Positions 21,779 through 33,389 of a stretch of DNA of 64,000 nt are shown here, one piece after another. The notes beneath the pieces are model-generated. The model had not been told where the DNA came from. It saw only the letters and a program-made list of their open reading frames with translations, and did not search any database. Source of the DNA: an uncultured delta proteobacterium (GTDB lineage Bacteria; Myxococcota_A; Polyangia; Fen-1088); contig CAWCMR010000013.1 in assembly GCA_963796685.1 (NCBI GenBank), positions 320,001-384,000 on the forward strand, read 5' to 3'. How positions within the stretch are numbered: position 1 is the stretch's first letter; the number at the start of each line of letters is the position of its first letter. The position numbers and the translations under genes are program-made.

Positions 21779-22651
21779 ATGCTTGGAAAAGGCAAAAGAA
21801 CAAAAGTCGGTTTGAAGGGAATCCTCATCACAATGGGTACTTGCATCGCCGTGCTGTCGGCCCCCGGGTGCGCTACGCGCGCCAAGCGGGATCCCGATCA
21901 GTCCCAGGTGCGCTACCAACTTGCCGTCGGGAATTTTCAAAACCACCGCGACGAGGCCGCCATCGAAGAGTTGCAGAAAGCCATCGCAGCCGACCCGCAA
22001 AACGCGGATGCCTACAACATGCTGGGGCTCATTTCGCTCAAGCAGGCCTACGATTACGGTGCCCAAGCCGATACGGTTTCATGTCTCAAGGGCGCCGACG
22101 AGCAAGACGTGCGCGCCGAGGAGAACCAGAAGCTCCGTGATGCCGAGTCGCGCTTTCGCAAGGCTGTCGAGCTACGCTCCAACTTTCCCGAAGCCTGGAA
22201 CAGTCTGTCCGCCGTAGCGCTTCTTCTCAGCGAATGGGACGAGGCCATTGCCGCTGCCGAAAGTGCGCTGAAAGATCCGACCTACGATTCGCCGGTTTTT
22301 GCCCGCGCCAACCTGGGGTGGGCCTACTTCCACAAGAAGGATCTGCAGAACGCGTGGAAAGAGCTCTACGAGGCTGTGTCGCGGGCTTCGGCGTTTTGCG
22401 TGGGGCGCTACAGGCTGGCCAAAGTCTACTTCGAGCGCGGCGAGCTCGATCAAGCCGTCGAAGTCATCGAACCGCTCATCGCCGATGTCAAGCATTGTCC
22501 CATCCAAGAGGCTTTCCTGTTGGGCGGGCTGTTGCACGAGCGGCTGAAGAATCCAGGAAAGGCGCGGGACTTATTCCGCACCTGTGCGGAGATGTCCCCC
22601 AGAAGCTGCGTAGCCGACGAGTGCAGGCGCTACGCACAGATGATCCAGTGA
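21779..22651 (+). CDS. tgl: Tgl/PilF-like TPR lipoprotein (secretin pilotin)
   Basis: Lipobox APGC; TPRs; ALKDPTYDSP...NLGWAY; Cys pattern FCVGRYRL...CPIQE...C...SC...EC; tgl-HTH-recO gene order. Start 21779 or 21833. Confidence 0.7.
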   Translation: MLGKGKRTKVGLKGILITMGTCIAVLSAPGCATRAKRDPDQSQVRYQLAVGNFQNHRDEAAIEELQKAIAADPQNADAYNMLGLISLKQAYDYGAQADTVSCLKGADEQDVRAEENQKLRDAESRFRKAVELRSNFPEAWNSLSAVALLLSEWDEAIAAAESALKDPTYDSPVFARANLGWAYFHKKDLQNAWKELYEAVSRASAFCVGRYRLAKVYFERGELDQAVEVIEPLIADVKHCPIQEAFLLGGLLHERLKNPGKARDLFRTCAEMSPRSCVADECRRYAQMIQ

Positions 22652-22666
22652 GGAAGGTTCTGGCGA

Positions 22667-23191
22667 ATGGAAACAGTGAACTTCGGCACATTCCTCAAAG
22701 AAGAGCGCGAAAAACGGCAAGTCTCGCTGGCGGACCTTGCCAAGACGACCAAGCTGTCGGTTTCTGCGCTGAAACTGATGGAGGCGGGCAATCTCGACGA
22801 CCTGCCCCCGGACGTTTTCGTTCGCGGGTTCATCCGCTCGTACGCCAAGACCCTGGGTATTTCCAGCAGCGAACCGCTCGGTCTTCTCGACCAGATTCTG
22901 TCCGAGCGGCGCCGTACCGATGAGCCTCCGTTGCTCGTTGCCAGCCGGCCTGTTCGAAGGCAAGGATTGCAGAAGGCCGCCGCCGAGATGCCTATCGAGG
23001 CCGTTGAACCCATCGAAGATGAAGGACAGATTGCGCGGCATGGCATTGGGCTCGCGGTGTTCGTGATCATCGTGCTGCTCATCGCGACCATCACGCTTTC
23101 CCTGTTCCTGCGCCAGCAACCCCAGTCCGGCGAGGGGCTGAGCCTCGATGACGGTGCTGCGTCTTCGCTCACGGCGCCCCGTCTCACCTAG
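22667..23191 (+). CDS. RodZ-like HTH_25 protein with C-terminal TM helix
   Basis: GTFLKEEREKRQVSL...LPPDVFVRGFIRSYAKTLG plus a hydrophobic segment. Confidence 0.85.
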   Translation: METVNFGTFLKEEREKRQVSLADLAKTTKLSVSALKLMEAGNLDDLPPDVFVRGFIRSYAKTLGISSSEPLGLLDQILSERRRTDEPPLLVASRPVRRQGLQKAAAEMPIEAVEPIEDEGQIARHGIGLAVFVIIVLLIATITLSLFLRQQPQSGEGLSLDDGAASSLTAPRLT

Positions 23192-23212
23192 CAGAAGCGG
23201 ACGCCTCGTCTC

Positions 23213-23979
23213 GTGAGGCAAGCCATTGTCACGCTCGCCATCGTGCTTCGTCGCGTGGACTACGCGGAAGCGGACATCGTGGTCACCTTGCTCGGCAGCG
23301 AGACCGGACGTGTCTCCGCGTTGGCGCGCGGCGCGAGAAGAGCTCCCGCCGGTTCGCGGGCGGGCTCGGCATGGCTACCAAGGGGGAAGCCAGGCTTCGC
23401 GATCGCACCGGGGCGAATTTGATGGTTCTGGAGTCCTTTGACGCGCGCGACGACCGCGTTGGTCTAGCCTCGGACATCGCCAAGACGGCGCACGCCGCCT
23501 ACGCCATCGAGCTGTGCGACCGCCTCTGTCCGCCGCGCCAGGCAGAGAAGGTGGTCTTCGCGTGGCTCGACGAGTTTCTCGCGCGGTTGAATGTGGAAAT
23601 GGCGACGTCCGAGCGGCTGCGGATCTTCGAGCTGGGGCTTCTGCGCGGCCTCGGCCTTGGGCCGTCGCTGGATCGCTGCGTGGTGTGCGATCGTGGCGCC
23701 TTGGAGGATGAAGATGTGCGCTGGCACCCCGAGCGGGGCGGTGTGGTCTGTCGCAATTGTTCGGGCCGGGGCGACCTCATGAGCGGACGCATCCGTCGGA
23801 CCCTGCAACGGATTGCGACCACCCCTCTGGCCGACGCCGAAGAGCTCGCGCTTGACCGCGACGTCGGGGCGGGGTGCCGCCGGGCCGTGCTTGCTTTGCT
23901 GCGGGAGCACGTGCATGGACCCCTGCGCTCTCTCGATTTCATCGAAAAGATGTCGGGACGCATGTCGGGTTCCCGTTGA
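23213..23979 (+). CDS. recO: DNA repair protein RecO (one missing base ~23338)
   Basis: AIVLRRVDYAEADIVVTLL...ARGAR, then KSSRRF...FELGLL...CVVC...CRNC...LRSLDF in the next frame. Confidence 0.92.
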
Positions 23980-24003
23980 CTGCCGATGCCATCTCGCTAG
24001 ATT
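23976..24003 (+). promoter_or_regulatory. sigma70 promoter of glyQS, TTGACT-16-TAGATT
   Basis: Read directly. Confidence 0.55.
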
Positions 24004-24014
24004 GCCGCCTCACC

Positions 24015-25646
24015 ATGCCAGCGACTTCTCTCGACACCATCGTCAGCCTATGCAAGCGCCGCGGATTCGTGTTCCCGTCTTCGTCGGTCTATGGCGGCCT
24101 CGGCAGCACCTGGGACTACGGGCCGCTGGGCGTCGAGCTGAAGAACAACGTCAAGCGTGCTTGGTGGCGGTCGGTGGTGCACGAGCGCGACGACATGGAA
24201 GGGCTCGATGCCGCGATTTTGATGAATCGCCTGGTGTGGAAGTATTCGGGCCACGAGGCGACGTTCTCCGATCCCATGACCGACTGCCGCGCGTGCAAGG
24301 CACGCCCACGCGCGGATCACGTGTTCGCGGCGCAGAAGGGCCGCGATCCCAAGGGACTGCCTGAGATCAACGCCGCCATCGAGGCCAAGGAGATCGTCTG
24401 CCCGAAGTGTGGCTCGAAGGATCTCACGCCCGCGCGCCCCTTCAATCTCATGTTCCGCACCAGCGTCGGGCCGGTGGATTCCGGCGACGATTCGGGGCTC
24501 GTCTACATGCGGCCCGAAACCGCGCAAGGGATATTCGTCAACTTCGGCAACGTGCTCGACACCATGCGCCGGAAACTGCCCTTCGGCATCGCCCAGATCG
24601 GCAAGGCCTTCCGCAACGAAATCACGCCGGGCAATTTCACTTTTCGCACGCGCGAGTTCGAACAGATGGAGATCGAGTACTTCGTGCGGCCGGGCGAAGA
24701 CGAGGCCGCGCACGAGTCGTGGATCGCGGAACGCACCAACTGGTACCTGAAGCTGGGCATGCGGCAGGAGAACTTGCGCGTGCGCGAGCAAGAAAAGCAC
24801 GAGCTCGCCCACTACGCCAAACGCTGCGTGGATCTGGAATACCGCTTTCCCATGGGTTGGAGCGAGCTAGAAGGCATCGCCAATCGTACCGATTTCGATC
24901 TGAAGGCGCACAGTCGATCGGCCGAGAACCCCGACGCAGTGGGGGAGCTCAAGTACTTCGACCAGGAGCTGAAGAAGCACCTCGTCCCTTACGTCATCGA
25001 GCCCTCGGCAGGCGCCGATCGGGCCACCCTTGCCTTCTTGTGTGACGCCTACGAGGACGCCTTGGTCAAGGAGCCGCCGGTCGAGGAAACCGCCAAGCTA
25101 CGCGAGCTGGTCGAGAGCTTTGCCAAGTCGGTCGGACGCCGCGAAGGCATGGCTGCCGAGGTGAAGCTGCGCTTGGTGGGGGCCGCCGAATCCATCGCGG
25201 CGGGCCTGCCTGGCACGCTTCCACAGCTCATTGGCTTGATGGTGGACTCGGACGCCGCCGCCATCGAGGTCATGAAGAAGGTGCGCGGGGTAGGGGAGAA
25301 GATCGCCGAGGAGCACACCCGGACGGTTCTCCATCTCCACCCACGGCTCGCGCCACTTACCGTGGCGGTCTTCCCGCTCAAACGCAACGATGCTCGACTG
25401 GTCGACATGGCGCGTGGGCTCAAGCGCGATCTGCAACGCAGTGGCGTGCGTGCGGTCTACGACGATACTGGCGCGATCGGCAAACTGTACCGGAGGCAGG
25501 ACGAGATCGGTACACCGTGGTGCGTTACCGTGGATTTTCAGAGCCTGGAAGACCAAACCGTCACCGTTCGCGACCGGGACAGCATGCAACAGGAGCGTCT
25601 CAAGGCGACCGAGCTTCCGCCCACCATCGCTGGCCGCCTGACCTGA
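24015..25646 (+). CDS. glyQS: Glycine--tRNA ligase, alpha2 type, with ~85-aa insertion
   Basis: [55 protein letters not shown]. Confidence 0.96.
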   Translation: MPATSLDTIVSLCKRRGFVFPSSSVYGGLGSTWDYGPLGVELKNNVKRAWWRSVVHERDDMEGLDAAILMNRLVWKYSGHEATFSDPMTDCRACKARPRADHVFAAQKGRDPKGLPEINAAIEAKEIVCPKCGSKDLTPARPFNLMFRTSVGPVDSGDDSGLVYMRPETAQGIFVNFGNVLDTMRRKLPFGIAQIGKAFRNEITPGNFTFRTREFEQMEIEYFVRPGEDEAAHESWIAERTNWYLKLGMRQENLRVREQEKHELAHYAKRCVDLEYRFPMGWSELEGIANRTDFDLKAHSRSAENPDAVGELKYFDQELKKHLVPYVIEPSAGADRATLAFLCDAYEDALVKEPPVEETAKLRELVESFAKSVGRREGMAAEVKLRLVGAAESIAAGLPGTLPQLIGLMVDSDAAAIEVMKKVRGVGEKIAEEHTRTVLHLHPRLAPLTVAVFPLKRNDARLVDMARGLKRDLQRSGVRAVYDDTGAIGKLYRRQDEIGTPWCVTVDFQSLEDQTVTVRDRDSMQQERLKATELPPTIAGRLT

Positions 25647-25728
25647 TTCTACAATCGACCACCTTCGCACGTCTGGCAGCATCGACGGGGCTTTCAATCC
25701 CCGTCGCTCCCTGATAGAAACCCCACCG

Positions 25729-28549
25729 ATGCCAACCAAGAAGAAGACTGGAAGCAAAGCCATGAAACCGACCAAAGCGCGAGCCTCCAAGGCAACCAAG
25801 TCCAAAGCCAAACCACAAGCAGCCGGGAAGCGCATGAAGCGCGTCTATTTCTTCGGCGGCGGCAAGGCCGAGGGTAACAAGGACATGAAGAATCTGCTCG
25901 GCGGCAAGGGTGCCAACCTCGCCGAGATGACCAACATCGGCGTGCCGGTGCCTCCCGGCTTCACCATCACCACCGAGGTGTGCACCGAGTTCAACCAGGC
26001 CGGCGGCAAGCTGCCGAAGGATCTCGACGCCGACGTCAAGCTTGCCGTCGCCAAGATGGAGAAGCTGCTGGGCAAGAAGTTCGGCGATGCTTCGAACCCG
26101 CTCCTCGTCTCGGTCCGCTCGGGCGCGCGCGCCTCGATGCCGGGCATGATGGACACGATCTTGAACCTAGGCCTCAACGACGAGACCGCCGCGGGGTTGG
26201 CCCAGGCCTCGGGCAACGAACGCTTCGCCTACGATTCCTACCGCCGTTTCGTCGCCATGTATGGCGACGTCGTGCTCGAAATGAAGCCCGAGCGCAAGGA
26301 AGACCATGACCCGTTCGAGGTCATTCTGACGGCCAAGAAGAAGGCGGTCGGCGTGAAAGTCGACTCGGAGTTGCCGGCCTCGGCGCTCAAAGAGCTGGTG
26401 GGCGAATTCAAGGCCGCCATCAAGCAGCACAAGGGCATCGACTTCCCGACCAACCCTCTCGACCAGCTCGCCGGCGCCATCAAGGCCGTGTTTCGCAGCT
26501 GGGAGAACGACCGTGCCAAGGTCTACCGCAAGCTCAACAACATCCCCTCGGATTGGGGCACGGCGGTCAATGTGCAGGCCATGGTCTTCGGCAACAAGGG
26601 GAACGACTCGGCCACCGGCGTGTGCTTCACGCGCAATCCGTCGACCGGCGAAAACCTCTTCTACGGCGAGTTCCTGGTCAACGCCCAGGGCGAAGACGTG
26701 GTAGCCGGCATCCGCACGCCTCAGAAGATCGTCGACCTCGAGAAGGACTTCCCGGTTGCGTACAAGCAGCTCTACGAGATTCGCAAGAAGCTCGAAAAGC
26801 ACTACAAGGACATGCAGGACATCGAGTTCACCGTCGAGAACAAGAAGCTGTTCATGCTTCAGTGCCGGAACGGCAAGCGCACCGGCTTTGCCGGCGTGCG
26901 CATCGCGGTCGAGATGGTGGACGAGAAGCTGATCGGCAAGGACGAGGCCCTTCGTCGCGTCGAGCCGGAAGCGCTCAACCAATTGCTCCGTCCGGTCTTC
27001 GACGGCGCTGCCAAGGCCGCGGCGGTCAAAGAAGGCCGCCTGCTCGCCAAGGGTCTGCCGGCGGGTCCTGGTGCCGCCACGGGACAGATTGTGTTCTTCG
27101 CGGAAGACGCCGAGACGTGGGCCGCGCAGGGCAAGACTGTCATCCTGTGCCGTCACGAGACCAGCCCCGAGGACATCCGCGGCATGAACGCGTCGCTGGG
27201 CTTCATCACCGCCTTTGGCGGGATGACCTCGCATGCGGCACTCGTTGCCCGTCAGATGGGCAAGGTGTGCATCGTCGGTTGCGATGCCCTCTCGTTCGAT
27301 TATCACGCCCGCACCATGACCGTGCAGCTCGGCCAAGGGCACGGTGGTTCTCAAGGAAGGCGACTGGGTGTCGCTCGACGGATTCACCGGCGAGTTCATC
27401 AACGGCCGCATCGACACCACGCCGTCGGAAGTCATCCGCGTGCTCATCGAGAAGAACCTCGATCCGAAGCAGGCTCCAGTGTACCAACAGTACAACAAGC
27501 TGATGACCTGGGCCGACGCCGCACGCAAGTTGAAGGTGCGCGCCAACGCCGACCAGCCCGACCAGGCCGAGGCCGCCGTGGCCTTCGGCGCCGAGGGCAT
27601 CGGTCTTTGCCGTACCGAGCACATGTTCTTCGGCGAGGGCAAGATCGGTCCGATGCGCGAAATGATCGTGGCCGAAAACGAGAAGGATCGTCGCGCAGCC
27701 TTGGAGAAGCTGTTGCCGCTGCAGCGGGACGACTTCGCCGGAATCTTCCGTGCCATGGGTAGCCGCCCGGTGACCATCCGGACCCTGGATCCACCGCTGC
27801 ACGAGTTCTTGCCCCACGACGAGGCGGGTGTGCGCGAGCTGGCCCAGGCCACCGGCCGCAGCGTGGAGGCCATCAAGGCACGCATCGCCGACTTGCACGA
27901 GTCGAACCCGATGCTCGGCCACCGTGGCTGCCGCCTCGGTGTCACCTACCCGGAAATCACCGAGATGCAGGCCCGCGCCATTCTCGAGGCGGCCGTCATC
28001 GTCAACAAAGAGGGCATCAAGACCGAGCCCGAAATCATGATTCCGTTCATCGGGACCAAGAAGGAGCTCGACTTGCAGACCGCGGTGGTCCGTGAAACCG
28101 CCGCCAAGGTCATGGCCGAGAGCAAGACCAAGGTGAAGTACATGGTGGGCACCATGATCGAAATCCCGCGCGCCGCCATCACCGCCGACAAGGTCGCCGA
28201 GACCGCCGAGTTCTTCTCGTTCGGTACCAACGACCTGACCCAGACCACCTTCGGTCTGTCTCGTGACGACGTGCCGAAAGTGCTCGCGTCGTACCTCGAC
28301 AAGGAGGTCTACAAGGTGGATCCCTTCGTGTCGATCGATCGCGAGGGCGTCGGCTACCTCATGAAACATGCCGTGACCGCCGGTCGCAAGACCCGCAAGG
28401 ATCTCAAGTGCGGTATCTGCGGCGAGCACGGTGGCGACCCGTCGTCGGTCGAGTTCTGCCACGAAATCGGCCTCAACTACGTGTCCTGCTCGCCGTACCG
28501 CTTGCCGATTGCGCGTCTGGCCGCGGCCCAGGCCGTACTGAAGAAGTAG
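25729..28549 (+). CDS. ppdK: Pyruvate phosphate dikinase (one +1 frameshift ~27325)
   Basis: [66 protein letters not shown]; Lys-rich N-terminal extension. Confidence 0.96.
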
Positions 28550-28613
28550 TGACCGGTCGTTCATCACAGGGAACGTGGAACCACCGGAACCGGACATCGG
28601 ACAGGAAATCTTC

Positions 28614-30203
28614 ATGAAAAGATCTCCTGTTCCGCCCGCTCCCACGGTTCTCGTTCTCTTTGTGATGGCGATTGGTGGAGGGTGCAATTTCGGTCAAAGT
28701 GGCATTGCGCCCCCCACCAATCGAGTTTTCTTGCCCGCGGGCATCGCCCCGGACCCCGACGGCAGTTTCCTCTACGTCGTCAACTCGAATTCGGACCTGC
28801 GCTTCAACGCCGGGACGGTGGTCGCGGTCGATTTGGCCCAAGCCGCCTTGGTACGAACCTGTGCCAGCGCGGCCATCGCCAGCGCTGGCCCTGGCGCCTC
28901 CTTGCCAGCGGTATGTCAGTCGGCGCCGGATCCATCTCTCTGGGCTCCACGGCCGGGGTGCGCCAAGACGCGCTTTTCGCGAACCGAGCCCGTATCGGAC
29001 GACTACTGTTGCATCGATCTCGTCGACAGCAACATCCTCAACTGCAACGAACCGCAGTTCATCCAAAGCGATGCCACCATCGAGATCGGCAGCTTCGGCG
29101 GCGCGGTGGAGTTGCAGCGCTACCCGCGCGACGACGGGGAGATCGTTCGTCGACTTTTCGTCGCCGTTCGCGCCGAACCCTCCATTACCTTCGCCGACAT
29201 CACGGTCGACAACGGTGTTGTGTCGATGCGCTGCAAGGGCCCACGGGTGAATGGCCCGGTGCAACCCGAGCGAGGATTTTGCGACGACAATTGGAGGGTT
29301 CGCCGCTCCGGTGGGGATACTCCAGGTGCGCTGGACCTGCCCGAAGAGCCACACGCGCTGGCCCTGGACAGCGCGCTCGGGGCCCTTTACATCGGACACC
29401 TGACGGTGGCCGCCAATGCGGCAATTCAAGGTGGAGGAGTTTCGACCTTGGATATTTGCAATCCCCAAAGTGCATCGTCGGTGCGTTTCGCCGGCCTGGC
29501 GAGCACGACCTTCGTTCCTTCGACCCTGTCGCAGGCCGTTGCGGCGCTGTCGCCGGGCGATCCCGCGTATCCGGCCACCCGTCTTTACGCCACGGCCAGG
29601 TACTCAACGGCCATCAGCGGCATGGTCTTGCGCGCGCCGGCGGACGCCACCTGTGATGAATCGTTGCCGGCGCCGATCGACCGCGATCTTACCCTGGTGG
29701 CGGCCGAGAGCTTCTACTCGTCGGCCTTCTACCCGCGCGGGGCGGATGTCCGAGGCATTCTTTTCTCTGCAGATCACACCCAGGCCTATGTTCTCCACCG
29801 CAACGATGCGGATTCTTCGGCCAATCCGGCTGCGCTGGTCGTGCTCGATCGTCACCCGCTTGCCGATGGCACGCCGGCTAATACCCCTGTTGACATCCTG
29901 GAAGTTTGTGGCGGGCCGACGGCGATGCAGATGCACGACGCCGGTCGGGGCAATCGCATCTACATCACCTGCTATGACGATGGACAGGTCTACGTCGTGG
30001 ATCCGGAGGCGCTCGTGGTGACCTCCATCATCGACGTCGGGGCGGGACCTATCGGGTTGGTCTTCTCGCCACGGGACCCGGGCACCGGCTACATCGCCAG
30101 CTACGCCAACAGCCATCTCTCGGTCATCGATCTGGCACCGGGAAGCCCTACGGAGAACCACGTTGTCATGCGAATCGGTTTGCCACACGGATACGGCGAA
30201 TGA
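28614..30203 (+). CDS. Uncharacterised YncE-like beta-propeller lipoprotein
   Basis: Signal peptide with GGGC; LYVVNSNSDLRFNAGTV, IYITCYDDGQVYVVD, IDVGAGP repeats. Confidence 0.75.
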   Translation: MKRSPVPPAPTVLVLFVMAIGGGCNFGQSGIAPPTNRVFLPAGIAPDPDGSFLYVVNSNSDLRFNAGTVVAVDLAQAALVRTCASAAIASAGPGASLPAVCQSAPDPSLWAPRPGCAKTRFSRTEPVSDDYCCIDLVDSNILNCNEPQFIQSDATIEIGSFGGAVELQRYPRDDGEIVRRLFVAVRAEPSITFADITVDNGVVSMRCKGPRVNGPVQPERGFCDDNWRVRRSGGDTPGALDLPEEPHALALDSALGALYIGHLTVAANAAIQGGGVSTLDICNPQSASSVRFAGLASTTFVPSTLSQAVAALSPGDPAYPATRLYATARYSTAISGMVLRAPADATCDESLPAPIDRDLTLVAAESFYSSAFYPRGADVRGILFSADHTQAYVLHRNDADSSANPAALVVLDRHPLADGTPANTPVDILEVCGGPTAMQMHDAGRGNRIYITCYDDGQVYVVDPEALVVTSIIDVGAGPIGLVFSPRDPGTGYIASYANSHLSVIDLAPGSPTENHVVMRIGLPHGYGE

Positions 30204-33200
30204 GACCTTTTCTCGCTGTTCTGGTCTTTGCAGTGTTGGTCGCGACTTGCTCGTCGACCCCGTCGGTCATTCCAACCAGGAACCTCGAACACCCGTCCGA
30301 CATGGCCTTCCTTTGCCTGGAACAGGCTGAGGTGGTCGTCGATGGCCAGGCCCAAACCCGGCTTTCGGGACAGCCCATGGCTGCCTGCCACCAGCGGGAC
30401 CAAGTTGATCCCTCGTCGACGCAGAACGGGCAGCGAACCCTGGGGACCTTTGCCTTCATCGCCAACCCTGGGCGGAACGAGATCGCGGTGGCCGACATGG
30501 ATCGCTCTCGCTTGCTCGATCTGGCGCCCTTCGCGCCTGGCTACGGCATGCTGCCGTCCGGCGGGGACCCCGAGTCCATTGCCGCAAGTCGAGATGGTTG
30601 TTGGGTCGCAACGGCCAATCGAACGAGCTGCGACTTCACGCTCATCGATCCCGCGCGCCTGCTGGAGTCGACCTTCTCCACCAGCTCGGCCACGGCTCAG
30701 CCCGCCACCGGGGCGGGCGATGCCTCCCGGCGCATTGCCGTCAAGACCGCCAGCGGCCGGACCCTTTTCGCTTCGACCGGCGAGATCGCCTTTCTTCCTC
30801 CGTCCTCCGTTCCCACGCCGAACCTTTGTCAGGCCGATGCGACGCCAAGGGCAGTCGCGACTTTTCCCGGCTGCGACATGGTGGCTCTCTTGGACTTCTC
30901 GTTCGAAAACCAAAGTGCCACCATTGCCGGCGCGTATTACATCCGGCCCGACCTACCCGGCGGGTTCGCGGACGCTGGCAACGAGCCTGTTTGCCCGACG
31001 GACTGCGGTGCCCCGGCCGATGCCACCGATAGCGCAGTGGACGTGGGCAACGAATCCGCCGATGGTGGTGCGGGGAGCGCCACGGGCGTGGATGGCGGGG
31101 ACGGCTCGAGTGGCGATTCCTGGTACCTGCAACCCTTGGCCCTCGTACCGGACGGAACGCGGGTCTACGTAGCAAGTTTGCTCGACACGGCGATCACCTC
31201 GCTGGACATCAGCGCGACGGGCTTGGGGAATCCGGCGCGCTTCAGTCTGGCCGAGGATCCCGTCGGGGTGTCCCGCTTGCGTTTGGCGGTCGATCCCTAC
31301 CGCGCCGCCAGCGCCCCGAACGCCGACGGCACCACGGGCGGGCCGTTCTTGCGAAACCGCGGAAAGTTCCTCTATGCGGTCGCGCGCGATGATTCGATTC
31401 GCGTCGTCGACCTGGACCAAGCGACGCCGGTCGAGTGCGACGCGAACATCATCACGACGGATCCGTCCGTGGCCAATCCTGCGACGGGTTGTTTTCCCGT
31501 GGGATCCAAGCCCCGCCGGCCTTTAGCCCAGGGACCTGGCATCCATATCCCGCCCAACGTCTTCAGTACGAATCCGGATAGTCCGCCACCACTTCCGCGC
31601 GACATCTCGTTCGCCGATCTGCAGCCGGCGTCCGCGGATGCCAACTATCAGGCCTTGAGTGGCCAGTTCGGATTCGTGGTCGCATCCAACGGTCAGGTCT
31701 ACGTGCTCAACCTGGCTCCCCTCGGCGAGGGGGCAACGGCCACCCACTCTTTCCGCGAGATTCGCGACGTGGGCCAACCGGCGCGGACGTCACTGGCGAT
31801 TTCCATCGCACCTCAGCGATCGGTCATCATCTCCGATCAGGCCTTTCCCACCACGGCGACCTATTCGGCCCTCGATGGGCCGCATATCAGGTCCTTTTCT
31901 CCGGACAACGGAAAGACAACGGATTGGCTCGACTATCCCGATCCCAACTTCGTCATCTCCAGATCCTGGAATGTGATCTGGGAGGGAGCTTTGCCTTACG
32001 CCACGCGCTCGAGCGGCCTCGTACAAGCCGCGCCGGACGGGCTTTCGGCCGGCCTGCTGCGCGACAGCGGTGCCAGCTTCTGCGACAGTGGTGCTCAACC
32101 GGGGGACGTGCTGATGTTTTCCGGATGTACGCAGAACCTGGATTGCCAGCCCGACGACAAATTTACTTGCCAGGTCGCGGTTTCCGGAGCGCGCGGCATG
32201 TGCTTGCCCATCGACGCCGCCTCCAGCTCCGATCTCATCACGAAGTGCAGCCGCTTCATGGGCAGCCGCATGCGCTACGAGATCGCGCAATCGACCCAGA
32301 CGTCGCTTCGCCTGCAGCTCAAGCTCGACGAGGTGCCCACCACGGTCCTGAACCCGTGTACGAAGGATACCGAGACAACGGTGTGCCAGTTCGATGTGGA
32401 CCACGGCAAGCTTGCGAGCACGCCCCCGGACGGCGGCATTATCCATGCCTTCGAGTGCTTGCAGGTTCGTGCTACGGATGCGAGCCCTCGCTGTGTGAAG
32501 AGGTGCAGTGACGACATCGACTGCAGGGCGGGCCACGTTTGCGAGACCGTGCCCGGTGCGGATCCTTTGCTGGGCAAGCTGTGCGTGGAAGCGCCGCCCA
32601 TCGATCCACAGTGCTTCCCACAGCCGATGACCAGCTACAGCGTCCGCGCTGGCCATAGTTTCATGGTCTACGGCTCGTCCATACCGACCCTGTCGTCGGT
32701 TCGCGCCGATGCCGATGGAACCTGCCAACCCCAGGCCCCCTCGGATCCGTCGCTGGTGGCGCGCATTCCGCTGTCGGCGCCCAAGTGTCCGGACAGCTTC
32801 CTGGCTCGGGCTACCGGCACCGCCACCGTTCCGCCCGTGTTCGTGCAGAACCTGTCTGCCCAGCCCGGAAGCAATCCATGCCTGTACCAGGGCGCGGCCC
32901 CTGACGGAGAGGACTCCGGGGCGACGGCAGCCAGCGCGTCCGTCGACCACGTCCGTGCCTTCTTCCAAAACCCGCAGATTCGCTTCGTGCTCGCCAATCT
33001 CGACCAATACGCGGGCGATCTTCTCGCCATACACTTCGAGCTGCAATACGGGTACATCCCACTGACCGTGCAGATTCCGAGCTACGAGGTGCTCATGACC
33101 ATGGGCACGCGGATCATCACGGGGCCGTTCGAGACGCCGGAAAGCCCGATCTTGCACGACTCGGCTCAACCTTTCAGCTATCCCTATCTGTATGTCGTGG

Positions 33201-33331
33201 ACCAAGGCCGAACGGCGCTCACCCCTGGCAGTCGTGGCCAGGTCCTGCGAATCAACCCGCGCGCCGGAAGCAACGAGATCGCATCCTTCGACACCACCTT
33301 GTCGGGCAGCACGCCTTTCCAACTGCAGTGA
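30200..33331 (+). CDS. Large Cys-rich uncharacterised lipoprotein (1043 aa)
   Basis: Signal peptide with VATC; ATGA overlap with the upstream gene; propeller-like N-terminal half and CSDDIDCRAGHVC-type Cys modules. Confidence 0.8.
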   Translation: MRPFLAVLVFAVLVATCSSTPSVIPTRNLEHPSDMAFLCLEQAEVVVDGQAQTRLSGQPMAACHQRDQVDPSSTQNGQRTLGTFAFIANPGRNEIAVADMDRSRLLDLAPFAPGYGMLPSGGDPESIAASRDGCWVATANRTSCDFTLIDPARLLESTFSTSSATAQPATGAGDASRRIAVKTASGRTLFASTGEIAFLPPSSVPTPNLCQADATPRAVATFPGCDMVALLDFSFENQSATIAGAYYIRPDLPGGFADAGNEPVCPTDCGAPADATDSAVDVGNESADGGAGSATGVDGGDGSSGDSWYLQPLALVPDGTRVYVASLLDTAITSLDISATGLGNPARFSLAEDPVGVSRLRLAVDPYRAASAPNADGTTGGPFLRNRGKFLYAVARDDSIRVVDLDQATPVECDANIITTDPSVANPATGCFPVGSKPRRPLAQGPGIHIPPNVFSTNPDSPPPLPRDISFADLQPASADANYQALSGQFGFVVASNGQVYVLNLAPLGEGATATHSFREIRDVGQPARTSLAISIAPQRSVIISDQAFPTTATYSALDGPHIRSFSPDNGKTTDWLDYPDPNFVISRSWNVIWEGALPYATRSSGLVQAAPDGLSAGLLRDSGASFCDSGAQPGDVLMFSGCTQNLDCQPDDKFTCQVAVSGARGMCLPIDAASSSDLITKCSRFMGSRMRYEIAQSTQTSLRLQLKLDEVPTTVLNPCTKDTETTVCQFDVDHGKLASTPPDGGIIHAFECLQVRATDASPRCVKRCSDDIDCRAGHVCETVPGADPLLGKLCVEAPPIDPQCFPQPMTSYSVRAGHSFMVYGSSIPTLSSVRADADGTCQPQAPSDPSLVARIPLSAPKCPDSFLARATGTATVPPVFVQNLSAQPGSNPCLYQGAAPDGEDSGATAASASVDHVRAFFQNPQIRFVLANLDQYAGDLLAIHFELQYGYIPLTVQIPSYEVLMTMGTRIITGPFETPESPILHDSAQPFSYPYLYVVDQGRTALTPGSRGQVLRINPRAGSNEIASFDTTLSGSTPFQLQ

Positions 33332-33351
33332 CCCGACTTCGGGCACCGAAG

Positions 33352-33381
33352 TTGACAAGTGGTAGGGTGTTAACCTACATT
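33352..33381 (+). promoter_or_regulatory. sigma70 promoter of argS, TTGACA-18-TACATT; overlaps hairpin ACTTCGG-GCA-CCGAAGT
   Basis: Read directly. Confidence 0.6.
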
Positions 33382-33389
33382 GTAGGCAA

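Noticed and set aside
25684-25712. Hairpin before ppdK sharing CAATCCC(C)GTCGCTCCC with 60538-60553 (minus strand)
   Set aside because: The match is short and GC-rich, so it could be chance; no further similarity.
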